Assembly (NCBI GenBank): GCA_000004985.1 | Contig: GG738863.1 | DNA: 64,000 bases | Reading direction: 5' to 3' (one strand) | Origin: Naegleria gruberi | Lineage: Eukaryota | Shown: positions 52,139 to 63,516 of the stretch, piece after piece | Layout: the number at the start of each line of letters is the position of its first letter | Numbering within the stretch: position 1 is the stretch's first letter | Position numbers and translations under genes: made by a program | The notes under the pieces: generated by a model | Database searches by the model: none | The model's input: only the letters and a program-made list of their open reading frames with translations | What the model was told of the DNA's origin: nothing

Positions 52139-53191
52139 TCATTTGTTTAAATAATTGACAAGTGAATAGCTCAATAAACCAGTCAAACCAAGTCCAACAA
52201 CAGCAGAACCAATCATTTTACCATAATATTTAACAGGATGATAATGTTGATAATCAATATCATAAATTCCAAACCAATTTTCAATCTTGTTTACAATGGG
52301 ATTCAAATCTCTCAGAGTTCCAATAACTTGAATGTCAAATCTGTGTTCGAAACCAATCTTTTCATAAATTGGTCTTCCTTCCATGGTTGCTTGCAATACA
52401 CAATATTGATAATTATTTAAAAGAGCAATTTCTAATAGCAGAGTCACAACCATGGAAGCATATCCTCTTCCTTGATAGTTTGGCCGTGTGGTAATGGAAA
52501 ATAGAGAAGCAGTTTCTTTTCCCTTAATAACTTGTCCACAAGAAACAACTTTTCCATCTTGTTTGACGAGAACCCATTCATAATCTTTGGATTTCAATAA
52601 ATATTGAGCATAGTATTGACTTGCTTCTTTTGGTAATTCTTCTCCTTCAAAGAATGCTTCGTAATAAGTTTCTGCAATTTCAATAGCTTCTTCAGGAGTA
52701 CTCAAAGTTTTAATTGTAAATTCCTTTCCTTGGGCTAGAATGACCCCAGATTCATTTTGTAATTTTTGTAAACTTTCCTCGTTATATCCAAAATCATTTT
52801 TCAACTTTTTCAAATTCTTTTCTCTTAAATTCCTACTCTCCTTCAAATCACATATCATTCCAGTACTAACTTCAATCCAATTAATTGGCATCTTGTCAAA
52901 TATTACTTGTTGCAATTTGTCAAACTTGCTCGTTCTATTTTTCGAGTCATACATTGGTACAAACAAGTAGACAGGTACTCCATCCGATTGTTCCCGAATA
53001 GTTTCCAATAATTGCAAGTGATTCTCACTTCTGGTAACATAATAAAGGTCAGGTACGGGCAATTTCTTGATCCCTTTTTTGAAACCAGGCATGCATTCAT
53101 TCTCATTCTCATGCAACTCAAAAATAGAGGAAAAGCTTTTAACAGTGGCTCTGTTAAAGTCAAAGAGTGAGTCCACAATGAGTCGATTCAT
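52139..53191 (-). CDS. GNAT-family N-acetyltransferase-domain protein with a C-terminal transmembrane anchor
   Basis: The tracked start at 53269 is TTG; the first ATG is at 53191. The acetyl-CoA-binding motif (VVSCGQVIKGKETASLFSITTRPNYQGRGYASMVVTLLLEIALLNNYQYCVLQATMEGRPIYEKIGF) contains the Q/R-x-x-G-x-G/A core. The C-terminal MIGSAVVGLGLTGLLSYSLVNYL is a TM helix. The N-terminal 200 aa are unassigned. An upstream exon cannot be excluded. Confidence 0.55.
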   Translation of the reverse strand: MNRLIVDSLFDFNRATVKSFSSIFELHENENECMPGFKKGIKKLPVPDLYYVTRSENHLQLLETIREQSDGVPVYLFVPMYDSKNRTSKFDKLQQVIFDKMPINWIEVSTGMICDLKESRNLREKNLKKLKNDFGYNEESLQKLQNESGVILAQGKEFTIKTLSTPEEAIEIAETYYEAFFEGEELPKEASQYYAQYLLKSKDYEWVLVKQDGKVVSCGQVIKGKETASLFSITTRPNYQGRGYASMVVTLLLEIALLNNYQYCVLQATMEGRPIYEKIGFEHRFDIQVIGTLRDLNPIVNKIENWFGIYDIDYQHYHPVKYYGKMIGSAVVGLGLTGLLSYSLVNYLNK

Positions 53192-53864
53192 TTTTTTGTA
53201 AGGAAAATTGATAATAATTGGTTTGCTCGGAGTTATGGCAGGAGTTAATTTTTCAAAATTGAAGCTCAAATTGATTGCAAATCAAAATTGAAATTCATAA
53301 AATCACAGTTTGCAATTATTATAGCAAGACTCAATTCTTAAATTATACAAAGAATTAGTGTGGACATTGAGCTTAATGGCTTCGTTGCGTATTAGTTTAA
53401 GGTTGCTTTTCATTTTACCTTAACTGCCTCATAACTAATTCCAAAGTCATTTCTCAATTCTGTTCCAACAAAATTCAATCTGGTTTTTCTTGATAGAAAG
53501 TTTTATTGATTTCAGTATGAAACTTCGATCTTTCAACAAAAAGCTCATTGATCGCGGACATATTTCGATAAAGAGTTCGAAATGACGTGAAAGAAATTCT
53601 TCAGGAATGCATTGGAAGTTTAAACTTGTTGAATTGTTGAGAGTGAATTTGGTTAATTGGTGATAGAGATGAAATCACGTGATTGATGTAAACAACCTAG
53701 CACAAAATCTTGATTCATTGTTTAATTTCGAATAATTGTAGTTTCTCCAAATACTATAATAAGCAACATGTAATTTTGAATTACTTCAGAATTGTTTCTC
53801 ACACACGTTTATTTAAATCAAAATTGTTAATTTTTCAAAAGAATTCTCTAAATATTGAGCAAAA

Positions 53865-55079
53865 TTAATTCTTCTTTTCAATGTAATTGTCATGTTTCTT
53901 CTTATGTTCCTTCTTCTTGTGTTCCTTCTTTTCTGGAACATACTTGTCAACCTTAATTGGAGAACAAATCTTCTTCTTCTTTGAACAAACTGATTCTTCA
54001 CCATATTTGACACATTTCTTATGACCACCAACGAATTGATACTTGGCACAGACCTTATAACCAGGAGACTTCTTGACACACTTCTTCCAGTGCTTCTTCT
54101 TGATACATCTTGATTTGGTATGATGGTATTGAGTACAGAAGTTGACTGCCTTATAATTGGCACAGAATTTACGTTCCTTGAACTTTTCACAGACACGAAC
54201 TCTCTTCTTGAAATCACAGAATTGATTTTGACTCCACTTGGTACAGAAACGAGCCTTCTTTTGAGCAACACAGAACTTTCTATCAACGAATTTGACACAT
54301 CTCTTAGTGTAACCCTTCTTGAGACTGAATTTAACCTTATTGTATCTGACACACTTCTTAGTCTTGGTATATTTGGCACAAATCTTGTGACACTTTTGTT
54401 GACAGAAGGCATGATAATAAGTATCAGTCCATCCCTTGTAATGTTTACCGTTAACCTTCTTCCATCCCTTTTGGCATTTACAGACTTGCTTGTAGGCAGA
54501 ACAGTAAGCATCGAGCTTGTATTCAGCACATCTCTTCTTATAGTGATATCCGACCTTTGGAACATTGATGAATTTAGCACAGACATTTGACTTGTCATAC
54601 TTGGTACAAACGAAATGATAAGCATATTCATCACAAGCATTGTTCTTGCCCTTATGTTCACACAAATTCTTCCAGTTAGACTTGATACAATACTTTTCAG
54701 TCTTGTGCTTGTCACAAACTTGTTTGTAACCTGAAAAAAAGTTTACAAAAATTGTAAAATTTCAAATTAACTTACCATGACCCAAACACAACTTTCTAGC
54801 CTTGGAGTACTTGTCACACTTGCTGAATCTCTTGTATTGCAAACATTTGCCCTTACCAACCAACTTCCAGTCACAGCACTCTTTCTTGGTACCAATCCAT
54901 TCATAATCTGAACACTTTCCCTTGACTGTCTTGTAGTGAGTACACTTGTTGTAACAGAATTGTTGATGTTCTCCATAAGTATCAACATTCTTGGATGGTT
55001 CTGGTTTACTTGGATTTGCCAAGACCAAAGCAGCGAATGCAAGAGCAATGCACAAGCTTATAATGAATTTTGTTTTCAT
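53865..55079 (-). CDS. Secreted, highly basic, periodic lysine/cysteine-rich protein (two exons)
   Basis: Exon 1 54776..55079 (ATG 55079-55077; signal peptide MKTKFIISLCIALAFAALVLA); 45-nt intron 54731..54775 (GTAAGT...TTTTTTTCAG); exon 2 53865..54730. The join is in phase: G + GT gives G. The mature protein is about 370 aa with roughly 50 Cys and a very high Lys content. Units recur every 12-14 residues (K..C.KY.K.KK.C, for example KCVKFVDRKFCVAQKKARFCTKW). The C-terminus is KKEHKKKEHKKKHDNYIEKKN. The in-frame and antisense ORFs 53813..54715 and 54120..54590 are artefacts. Confidence 0.6.
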
Positions 55080-55389
55080 TTTGTTTTTTTTGATATGGAT
55101 TATGATTGTGCAGTTGGCAATGAGTTTAAATAGTATTTGGATGAACAGCAAAGTCTTATTGCTGCTGAAGGTATCGGTTGAGTCAATGTCATTTCCTAAT
55201 TTATCCAATGCACATTTATCAAAATTCATTCTTTTAAAATTTGACTCTTTTTAATACTATTCTCAAAAGTGATTTGGTGCTTTGATTGAAACTTTACAAC
55301 TTTGATAACAAAATATAAAATGAATTTCACCAGAGGAAGAATGACAAGAACCGTTCTATTTAATTTATTAAATCAATTTTATAATGTAT

Positions 55390-56802
55390 TTATGGAACTA
55401 TCTTGTCTCTAATCTCCTTTGGTAGGGACATTTGGGTTATGTTGCATTGAGAGGCTCGGATAGATTTCAAATATTTACAATTTTTAGAAAGTATTGTAAT
55501 GCCATTATTTGTAACTGGATTTCCACTAATATCAAGATACTCCAAGTATGGTAATTCAGCTGATAATATTTCTACAAATCTGTCATTAATATCTTGGTCT
55601 GTGACTGTGAGACTTCTAAGGGCTTTGAATTTGAATAAGCTATCAATTGTTAATTGAGGAGAACGATTAATAATGAGCTCATTCAATTCGCATGCAACTT
55701 CCGTAGAGCCCTCAATCGATACGTTTTCAATCAATCCTAGTTTGAGTTTCTTCAAAGAAGGTATTGCTAACAGAGAAGTAAATGAATAACCAAGTCCACA
55801 CGAGATGAATTCTGCTGTTCTTATCGAACGATTGGAAAGTCGCTTGAGCATTCCAGGATAAATATATTCGTGGTCGAGACTGAGAGTCACTAATTTTGGT
55901 CCAAGATTTGAAAAGAATTCAGCTTGTGCTCTTTCTGGTGGTGTATCGTAGACGGTAGCCCATCCATTCGCCGATCCACCATTTTCACCCTTAAGAACTG
56001 ATCTGACAGTTCTCAAATTTGGCCAATGCTTGATTGCTTCAGCGAACCTGAACACTGATGAAACACTAGTTTGAATATCTATCGTTGTCAAAGAAGGGGT
56101 ATTAATTGAAAAATCAATAATGTCCTGCTCCTTCAAATCTCCCTTCTTCAATGAATAACCTTTCCATCTCAATACTCTCAACTTGGGGAATTTAATCTTT
56201 TTGAAAACATCAAAATCATACATGAGATACTTGTCCTGTATGAGTTGAATCTCTTCCAATGTATTTGCCATTGCCTCCAAACAAATCCTTAGTGCCTCAG
56301 GTGGCAATAATGTATGTTTTGCAACCAATCCAGTAATTTTATCAATAGGCAGCAATTTCAATGTTTTCCTTGTTTGTGACAAGGCCTTCTCTTCATCAGC
56401 CACAGCAATATCAAACAATAATTTTGAAAATGGTTGTTTCATCACAATATTTGCTCCGTGAGCACCCATCGATTGAACCAGTCTTAATAACTCGGACCTT
56501 TGATAAGGTTTAGCAGGATCTAGCTCCAATTTTCTAAATAAAAACTTTGGTTTGCAATCTCTTTGGCCCGACCTAGTAAATTTTCCAAAATACAACATTA
56601 AAAACTTTTTACGATTCGATCCACATGATTGATCGAATTTTCCTCCATAAAACTCCAAAATTTTCAGCAATAATTCAATCGGAAGCTTGCATAAACTTCT
56701 CTTCAATTCCTCCTCCAGTGGAGGTGCCTTAGGGAGAGGCGTTTTATTCTTCCTCAAGTTTTGCAAATTTTGTTTCGAGTTTGAAGGAGTTACGAGAGGC
56801 AT
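55390..56802 (-). CDS. F-box / leucine-rich-repeat (FBXL-type, RNI-like) protein
   Basis: The tracked start at 56880 is not ATG; the ATG at 56802 gives MPLVTPSNSKQN.... The F-box reads LCKLPIELLLKILEFYGG. The C-terminal half consists of cysteine-containing LRRs (LRSLTVTDQDINDRFVEILSAELPYLEYLDISGNPVTNNGITILSKNCKYLKSIRASQCNIT). Confidence 0.55.
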   Translation of the reverse strand: MPLVTPSNSKQNLQNLRKNKTPLPKAPPLEEELKRSLCKLPIELLLKILEFYGGKFDQSCGSNRKKFLMLYFGKFTRSGQRDCKPKFLFRKLELDPAKPYQRSELLRLVQSMGAHGANIVMKQPFSKLLFDIAVADEEKALSQTRKTLKLLPIDKITGLVAKHTLLPPEALRICLEAMANTLEEIQLIQDKYLMYDFDVFKKIKFPKLRVLRWKGYSLKKGDLKEQDIIDFSINTPSLTTIDIQTSVSSVFRFAEAIKHWPNLRTVRSVLKGENGGSANGWATVYDTPPERAQAEFFSNLGPKLVTLSLDHEYIYPGMLKRLSNRSIRTAEFISCGLGYSFTSLLAIPSLKKLKLGLIENVSIEGSTEVACELNELIINRSPQLTIDSLFKFKALRSLTVTDQDINDRFVEILSAELPYLEYLDISGNPVTNNGITILSKNCKYLKSIRASQCNITQMSLPKEIRDKIVP

Positions 56803-57056
56803 TTTTTCTCTTGCTTGAAAGTTAGTTTTTTCAAAGCAGCAAATGGCGGCTTTTTTTTCTGATGACAAATTAAAGAGCAACGTTTGGAGTAACGGTTCTT
56901 TAATATATTGAGCTTTTCATTTGGTTTGTTCAATGTTTGTTGAGTTACTGGAGGAGATTACAGTACTGTATTTGGTAAGGTTATGTGAAGAATGGGATGG
57001 ATTCTTCATTCCTCTATGGAATGATGTAATTTTGGTATTAATATATTAGTTAGTTA

Positions 57057-57776
57057 TTAAGATTTGTAACGGGTATTGTAATAGATGGATGGTATAATAT
57101 AGAGTACTCTTCTCCAATCTATTTGAGTTTGATTGTTGTGGGTTTGAATTGTTAATTTCCAATTCTTATTGAGATAGGTATTTTCACTTGCTTTAATAGT
57201 TCCATAAATGGTATTACTAGTGGTTGATTTAATATTGTAATTATTCCACACAGTGTCATATTTTTCAATAATTAAATTTAAATTATTATTTTCATCATAG
57301 ATTTTGTAATTCATCAAATCGTAATTAATTTTACCAAAATATAAAAATGGAATTTCACTTGAATTTTGGCATTTGTTTAATTCCACTTTAAATGTATTCA
57401 AAGATAATGAAATTAATCTTCCATCAATACTTCCTTGATCCAAATTTGTTATTAAATCAATTCTCGAAGGAATTGCCCAACTTCTATATTTGAATTTTCC
57501 AATTAAATTTCCTTTTTTGAATAAATTAAATACCAAATTATTATTTAATTCAATATCAATAACAGTTCCATATTCAAATGATTTTAATTCATCGGTACTG
57601 TAACAATAAACTGGTGGTTGACTATTTAAAATACCAATCGGAATGACAACAATTCCAATAATAGCCAAAACAGAACAAATTATTATTGTTGAAATTAGTG
57701 TTACGATTAATTGTTTTCGTTTACGTTGTGTGGAGGTTTGATAATCATGTGATAGCAGAGGTTTCCGTGTTGACAT
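57057..57776 (-). CDS. Type II single-pass membrane protein with an N/Y-rich luminal beta-rich domain (LEA_2/NHL-like architecture; family not assigned)
   Basis: The first ATG at 57776 gives MSTRKPLLSHDYQTSTQRKRKQ. The TM helix LIVTLISTIIICSVLAIIGIVVIPIGIL is followed by about 190 aa rich in N, Y, K and I. The tracked start at 57866 is an upstream non-ATG. Confidence 0.4.
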   Translation of the reverse strand: MSTRKPLLSHDYQTSTQRKRKQLIVTLISTIIICSVLAIIGIVVIPIGILNSQPPVYCYSTDELKSFEYGTVIDIELNNNLVFNLFKKGNLIGKFKYRSWAIPSRIDLITNLDQGSIDGRLISLSLNTFKVELNKCQNSSEIPFLYFGKINYDLMNYKIYDENNNLNLIIEKYDTVWNNYNIKSTTSNTIYGTIKASENTYLNKNWKLTIQTHNNQTQIDWRRVLYIIPSIYYNTRYKS

Positions 57777-58055
57777 TTTTTTTGAACATGTCACAACTTG
57801 ACAAACAAATAAGGACATGTGATCTACAGTGCATTTACAGATGAGATTAACAAGTGTTACAATCAAAACATTTTTCTCCTAATTTTTGCTAATTTGTGAT
57901 ATTGGAGCAAAATCCAATTTGAATTTGATTGAAATTCTTGCAAAAATTCGAACTGCAATCAACTAGAACAAAACTAATCAACAGCTTCTCATTGGCTATT
58001 TAATTAAAGGTCTCATTGTTTTTTCAACAACACATATAATATCATCCATAAAAAA

Positions 58056-58568
58056 ATGTCCCATCTCACAATTGCCCTTCGATCTCTGTTGGCCCTCACC
58101 ACACTCCAAAGCACATCCTTCTTCCTCGGAGCTCTCAAAATTAAAATCAAACAATGGCTCATGTTTAATTCGTGTGCAGTTGCCAATTATTCATTACTTG
58201 CTGCCTTGGCTTCTTCACATGTTTTAGATGAAAACTATTCGAGAATGATGGTACATGCTAGCTTACCTGGATTGATGTATTATGGAGGATTGGGATTAGT
58301 GGTTTTCCCGTGGAAACTTGGAATGAATTTAATTCCTCAATTTTCACATTTGATCATGAGTGCCAATGTTCTGATGGAATTGAACAAGACATTGGCAGTT
58401 GGAGATTTTGAGAATGCATTTAAGGGAACCATGTTGGGTTTATTGTTTTGGTTACCTTTCATTTTCATTCAGAATAAGTACTTGTATTCACATCAGGAGG
58501 AAGCAAGTGAAATTTTATGGAATCCAGAAGAAAGAATGAAAAAGATGGGCATTATCAAGTCTGAATAA
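58056..58568 (+). CDS. Small multi-pass (about 4 TM) membrane protein, hypothetical
   Basis: 170 aa with ATG at 58056. Hydrophobic segments are around residues 5-25, 40-60, 70-95 and 125-150. No family recognised. Confidence 0.35.
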   Translation: MSHLTIALRSLLALTTLQSTSFFLGALKIKIKQWLMFNSCAVANYSLLAALASSHVLDENYSRMMVHASLPGLMYYGGLGLVVFPWKLGMNLIPQFSHLIMSANVLMELNKTLAVGDFENAFKGTMLGLLFWLPFIFIQNKYLYSHQEEASEILWNPEERMKKMGIIKSE

Positions 58569-58934
58569 TCGAGTGGAAACACAAAATTCAAGAATGTTTC
58601 ATGTAAATTTATCAAAATAAACCAGAATCAAAGAATTTGACCCAAACAATTTCAATGATCTCAAGACTATCCTCTTATCAATTTTTAAAGCACCAACTGC
58701 TAATTGGAGATTTTTTGTAATCTATTGGTGATGGTCATGTAGATCATTTGAGGATGGCGGTGTAGAGTGGAGTCCTTTCCTCTTTGATCCAACGAAATCT
58801 CAATACACTGCCAAAATTCAAGCAAAATTCACTCAAAATAACATTGTGCAGGTAAGGAAATTCGAAACTGCCACTGTTTATTGCGACACACTTATGAGAA
58901 AACTAATTGATTGATTATATATACATTGGAAATT

Positions 58935-59742
58935 TTAATGATTGGTCATCCACTTTTCTGTAATGTACTTTTCCATTAATTGTAAAGATTCTTCCTTAAT
59001 CAAGCCATGTCCATCCTTAACTTGAGAAATTTCAACACTCCTCTCAGAAAATCCATTTTCTTCAATTGATTTTACGAATTTCAAACTATTTCCATAAGGA
59101 ATAACTTTATCTTCACTTCCATGAATGATGAAAACTCGTTGATTGCCTTCTTGATCATCCTTTCTAATCAACAATTCTTTTGGTAAAGGGAATATTGGAT
59201 GCTCCAACAAATCTTTCAAATGTGAGGATTTGATATTTCTATTCTCATTATACTTGTAATTAAATACTGGAATAGCTCCTAATTTTTCCCATTTTTCAAG
59301 TGTAATGAAAGATTGCCAAACTCCTTGAATGTCAAATGCTGGAGCTAATAAGAGAAGTGAATCAATAATACCAGGATAAAGTTGTGCAAATCTACATGCA
59401 GTAAAACCTCCCAGAGAACTAGCCACCACTCTCCATTTAATATTTTTCTATTTTAACATTTTACAATATTATTAAATATTATTAAATATTATTTAACAAA
59501 ATAATTGCACTAACCTCACCATCCCGAACAATGAAAATTTCCTCCTTTAAATAATTTAACATATTTGTGACGGTAAGATCTTCAAAAGTTGGTACATTCA
59601 AATCGGGACACACCATTTCAATATTATATTTATCTTCCATAAATTGTTTCAAATGAACAGCCTTCTCAGTTTGAGGTGATGAGGCAAATCCATGAAGGAA
59701 TGCATATCGATATTCAATATTGGAACAAGATGGGGAGGACAT
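58935..59742 (-). CDS. Alpha/beta-hydrolase, esterase YqiA/UPF0227-like (two exons)
   Basis: Exon 1 59515..59742 (ATG 59742-59740, MSSPSCSNIEYRYAFLHGFASSPQTEKA...; an alternative ATG lies at 59793); 67-nt GTTAGT...AAATAG intron 59448..59514; exon 2 58935..59447. The join is in phase: ...IVRDGE-KNIKWRVVASSLGGFTA..., with the nucleophile elbow GxSxG. The downstream IIHGSEDKVIPY and DGHGL supply the Asp/His of the triad. Confidence 0.6.
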
Positions 59743-60378
59743 TGGGAATTTTTTTGTGTTTGAAAAAGTAAATTGTCGGATATTTAAGTGCATTGAAATG
59801 TTCAATTAATGTTGAGATTTTTTGAACGACCGTAGCAAATTCGAGAAGATTATGGACGATGAGTGAGCACTTTGGTTTTCTGTGAAGTTTCTTCATAAAA
59901 ACTCCACACATATCCTTCCGATTGTTGAACAAAAGAAAATTGGAAAGTTCTTGATTAATTCACTAACAATCTCATTATTAGGATGATGAGAGAATGTTCT
60001 TTAAGGATTTGGTTCATTGATCCACAATGTTCCTTCTCCTCTTTGCAGAGTTTTGCAGCTCCTTGTACTTTGGTTGTAACTCTTCGTATTTGTGCAATTC
60101 GTCATACTTCATTTGGAGGGTTCTTTCTTCTGCATTCTCTTCAGGAATTGAAAGATTAAATTGTATCATTTTGATGAGCAACCTAACATGATTATGTCAA
60201 TAGTACTACTCCAACACAGAAAGTGGATATTCGAAAGTTGTAAAAAATTGTGAGAAACCATCAAAATCAATTAAGGACAAAACATCACTCAATTAGTTCG
60301 CACAAACTGAAACCACTTTCTTGGAGTAATATTTCGGTAAATGTCTAAATATGTAATAGTTTCAAATTAATTGAAAAA

Positions 60379-61253
60379 ATGAAAAAAGTGATTAAACAAT
60401 TTCGAATAACATCAAGCTTAAACAGGTGCAACAACGGAAAGAAATTTTGCTTCTATTCTCTGAGTCATGAATCAACTCCTGAATTGTTGGAAGAAATTGC
60501 ATTTCAAAATCATTACGAACAACATGCTCCTCTAAAAACTTATGAAAATTTGAATAATCCTCATAGAAAACTATACGAAAGGAAATCATATCTTGAATCA
60601 AAATATGTAACTGAAAAACGAGAACCCAAAACTTTCACAGACAAGCTTGCCAAAGGAATTGTAACGTGTATCAAAGCAATGATTGAATTATACTTTGGTA
60701 AGAGTAGGTACTTTCCAATAATCCATTTCTAATACTATAATTTTCCAAAAACTGTATAGATTATATGCAACATGCCATGTGTCTGGAAGCAATAGCTAGT
60801 ATTCCACCTCTCATCTTGGGAGTTATCAAACATTTTTCATTCGTCTTGAAAATGGACTACAAGGAATGCTTTGAATCAAATGCTCTTTTTGAGGAGGCTG
60901 AAAATGAAAGGATGCATCTAATGATTTGGCTTCAATTGTGTAAACCAACTAGATTGGATAGAGTCTTGGTTTTTCTTTCACAGTTTAGTTTTGCATGGTT
61001 CATATTGATTTCCAATATCATTTCTCCAAAATTTGTTAACAAATTATTGGAATATTTGGAGGAGGCATCCATTGATTCGTATACAGAATTTATGAAAGCC
61101 ATAGATAATGGAAATTACAAGCATGTTCCAATTCCAGAAATAGCCCTCGAATACTATCACATGGTTCCTCATACAGTTACTTTGAAAGATGTGGTTCTTT
61201 CCATAAGGGCAGATGAAGTTTACCATAGAGATTTTCACTTTAGGTTGCAATAA
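60379..61253 (+). CDS. AOX: Alternative oxidase (mitochondrial di-iron ubiquinol oxidase), two exons
   Basis: ATG 60379 with a presequence-like N-terminus (MKKVIKQFRITSSLNR). Exon 1 runs to 60703 with a GTAGGT donor, or to 60697 with a GTAAGA donor. The 56-nt intron ends in TGTATAG, and exon 2 is 60760..61253. The AOX iron-binding motifs are all present: LEAIASIPPLI (LETVAGVPGMV-like), EEAENERMHLMIWL (NERMHL), LEYLEEASIDSY (LEEEA) and RADEVYHRD (RADExHHRD). Confidence 0.8.
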
Positions 61254-61271
61254 ATTTGAAGTAAACTTCTT

Positions 61272-62222
61272 TTATACTTCTGCTTTGTCTTTGATTTCTT
61301 GATCATTTTTCAATTCCACACTCAGATATCTGTAAATTTCTTTAGTAATATCTAACAATTCCAAAATGAAAGTTTTATCTTCCCTCAATTCACGTCCCAT
61401 GATATGATAAAACTTTTCTTCCTTTGTTTTCTGAAATGCAATCCTAAACAAATCTCTATCGTTTTCCATTCCGGGAACATTCACTCTACGTGCTTGGAAG
61501 ATAAAATCACGCAACGCATAAGGATTTTCTGATAGAATATCCTCTAAACAATTTCTATCGTTAAGAAGTGAATTAATGATATCAGAGTCAATGTATTCCA
61601 TTACTTCTGCTCTTCCCTTAATTGCCTTGATAGCAAGATCTCTATCTCTTTTCAATCGATTGCTTGCAAATTGAAGAGCCAAACCAGAAGTTTTAATAGC
61701 ATTCAATACTACTTCTTCATCATTTCTCAACTCTTCACTTGCATATTTCAAACTAAAGGCCGATTTTTCCAATACTTTACAAACAAATTCTCTGTCTCCT
61801 CTCAAATCATCAGGAACCAATGAAAATCCATCGATAATATCACCCTCCACCGAAGCTAAAATCACCTCCCTATCCCTCTTCAACTCATCACTCACTTCAG
61901 AGTAAGTGTACACTGATTTTTTCAAGCCTTCGATAACAACCTGCCTATCAGCCAGAAATTCCTTGGAAAGATCTCGATACTCCCACGCAGTCTTGCCAAT
62001 CAAAAAACTAAATGATGCCAAGGAATTATACTTTTTAATAGCCTCTAATAATATTTCTCTCTTTTGAAAACGGTCCATCTTTTCCCTTATTGTTAATTTG
62101 TAATGTTCTTCGAGTAGATTGATGGTAAGAGGCTGGGAAGTAATTTCTTCTCCAGTTTCGTCATTTTCCGAATTATTGGAACTTTGTGTATGGATGATTA
62201 AATCGTCGACTGCTTTTTGCAT
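61272..62222 (-). CDS. DUF4116-type repeat protein (tandem about 25-aa helical repeats ...E.L.NDREVVL.AV...G.AL.YAS..LK.D...)
   Basis: 316 aa with ATG at 62222. It has repeated units such as REFVCKVLEKSAFSLKYASEELRNDEEVVLNAIKTSGLALQFASNRLKRDRDLAIKAIKGRAEV, which I recognise as the DUF4116 pattern. Confidence 0.5.
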   Translation of the reverse strand: MQKAVDDLIIHTQSSNNSENDETGEEITSQPLTINLLEEHYKLTIREKMDRFQKREILLEAIKKYNSLASFSFLIGKTAWEYRDLSKEFLADRQVVIEGLKKSVYTYSEVSDELKRDREVILASVEGDIIDGFSLVPDDLRGDREFVCKVLEKSAFSLKYASEELRNDEEVVLNAIKTSGLALQFASNRLKRDRDLAIKAIKGRAEVMEYIDSDIINSLLNDRNCLEDILSENPYALRDFIFQARRVNVPGMENDRDLFRIAFQKTKEEKFYHIMGRELREDKTFILELLDITKEIYRYLSVELKNDQEIKDKAEV

Positions 62223-62379
62223 TTTTTTTTAAAGTTTTCTCAGAACAAGATTGGATTTTGTAATCATTAAATATAATCACATTTTGTAAAGTATTGAACA
62301 ACTATTTAATTTTCTAATTATTGTTATTTACTTCACCTTCAAAAATTGTTTTTTTAAGAAAATATTAATTTAAAAAAAA

Positions 62380-63436
62380 ATGGTGCACAATCAACAACAG
62401 CAACCACGAGGTGGTGATCAATATGATGATGACGAGGAATATGACGACTATGAACAATCGGAACAATCATACAACAATCAAGGATCATCGGATCAACCAA
62501 GAATTAAAAAATCAAACAAGATTAATGTTTGGGGAAATTCATCAACCATGAATATTACTCCCTATTTATATAAAAAGGTTTTGGCATCACCTTATTTTAA
62601 ATCATTGTATGAATACAAGACATATCATGAAGTTTTGGATTTAATTAAAAATATTAAATATATTCATCCATTTACTGATGGAGATACAAATGCAGAGCCT
62701 AGTATTGCATTTTCACTTTTATTCAAGTTGCATACATTGAAATTATCATATAAACAATTGAAGGGAATGTTACAAAAGGATATGTCAACAAATACAAAAG
62801 CTATGGCCTTGCTTTATGTGAGATTTGCTGTACAACCTGATGAAATGTGGGATTATTTTAGAGATTTTGTCAATGATGAAAATAATACTGTGAATATTTA
62901 TACGAAAAGAATGTAAGTTTAATTTTCGATTAATTATTAAATTTTCTTAATTTAATTATAATAATCGATTCAATAGTTCGTTGGGAGAATTTGTCAGGTC
63001 ATTAATTACAAATCAAAAATTATTTGGATCTCAATGTATTCTTCCAATATTGCCAGCAAATTTAGTGAGAAGAATGGAAGATTCTGATGAATTTTCTCAA
63101 TCATACCAAAAGAATAAGAGAAAGTATTATGAGAAGGATTATTCGGATAGGAGATCTTCATCATCTTATCAATCGGATTACTCAAGAAAGAAGCAAAAAT
63201 CTGATTCTAATACCACTCAACCATCTAAGAGCAATACAGAAACAGCAAACTCAGAGAAAGAAGATTTTGAACCTGCTGAATCTAGATTTTCAAAACCAAC
63301 CTTCGCCAAGACAGCCAATAATTCTCAATCATATTCGAAAAAATATGGAGCTATCACAAAGGAATACACAACCAATATAAGTTTTTCAAAAAAGGACATT
63401 ACTGAAGTCGAAACAGTAAAGCTCAGTAAAGACTAA
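62380..63436 (+). CDS. PRP38: Pre-mRNA splicing factor PRP38 family protein (two exons) with an S/R/K/Y-rich C-terminal tail
   Basis: Exon 1 62380..62912 (ATG 62380); 64-nt GTAAGT...TTCAATAG intron 62913..62976; exon 2 62977..63436. AT + T gives I. The joined core (NVWGN...TPYLYKKVLASPYFKSLYEYKTYHEVLDLIKN...AFSLLFKLHTLKLSYKQLKGMLQ...MALLYVRFAVQPDEMWDYFRDFVNDE...LGEFVRSLITNQKLFGSQCILPILP) matches the PRP38 N-terminal domain. The tail resembles an RS domain (DYSDRRSSSSYQSDYSRKKQKSD). Confidence 0.7.
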
Positions 63437-63516
63437 TGTAAATATTCATGAAATTATTTTTTTTAATATTTTATTTTAGATTTAATAAATTAAAACTAGT
63501 GATTAGTGATTCAGAA

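Noticed and set aside
53813-54715. The 300-aa ORF in a second frame and the plus-strand ORF 54120..54590 over the Lys/Cys-rich gene
   Set aside because: The AAG/TGT-rich repeat is open in multiple frames. Only the frame continuous with the signal-peptide exon is supported, since it shows ordered Cys spacing and an in-phase splice.
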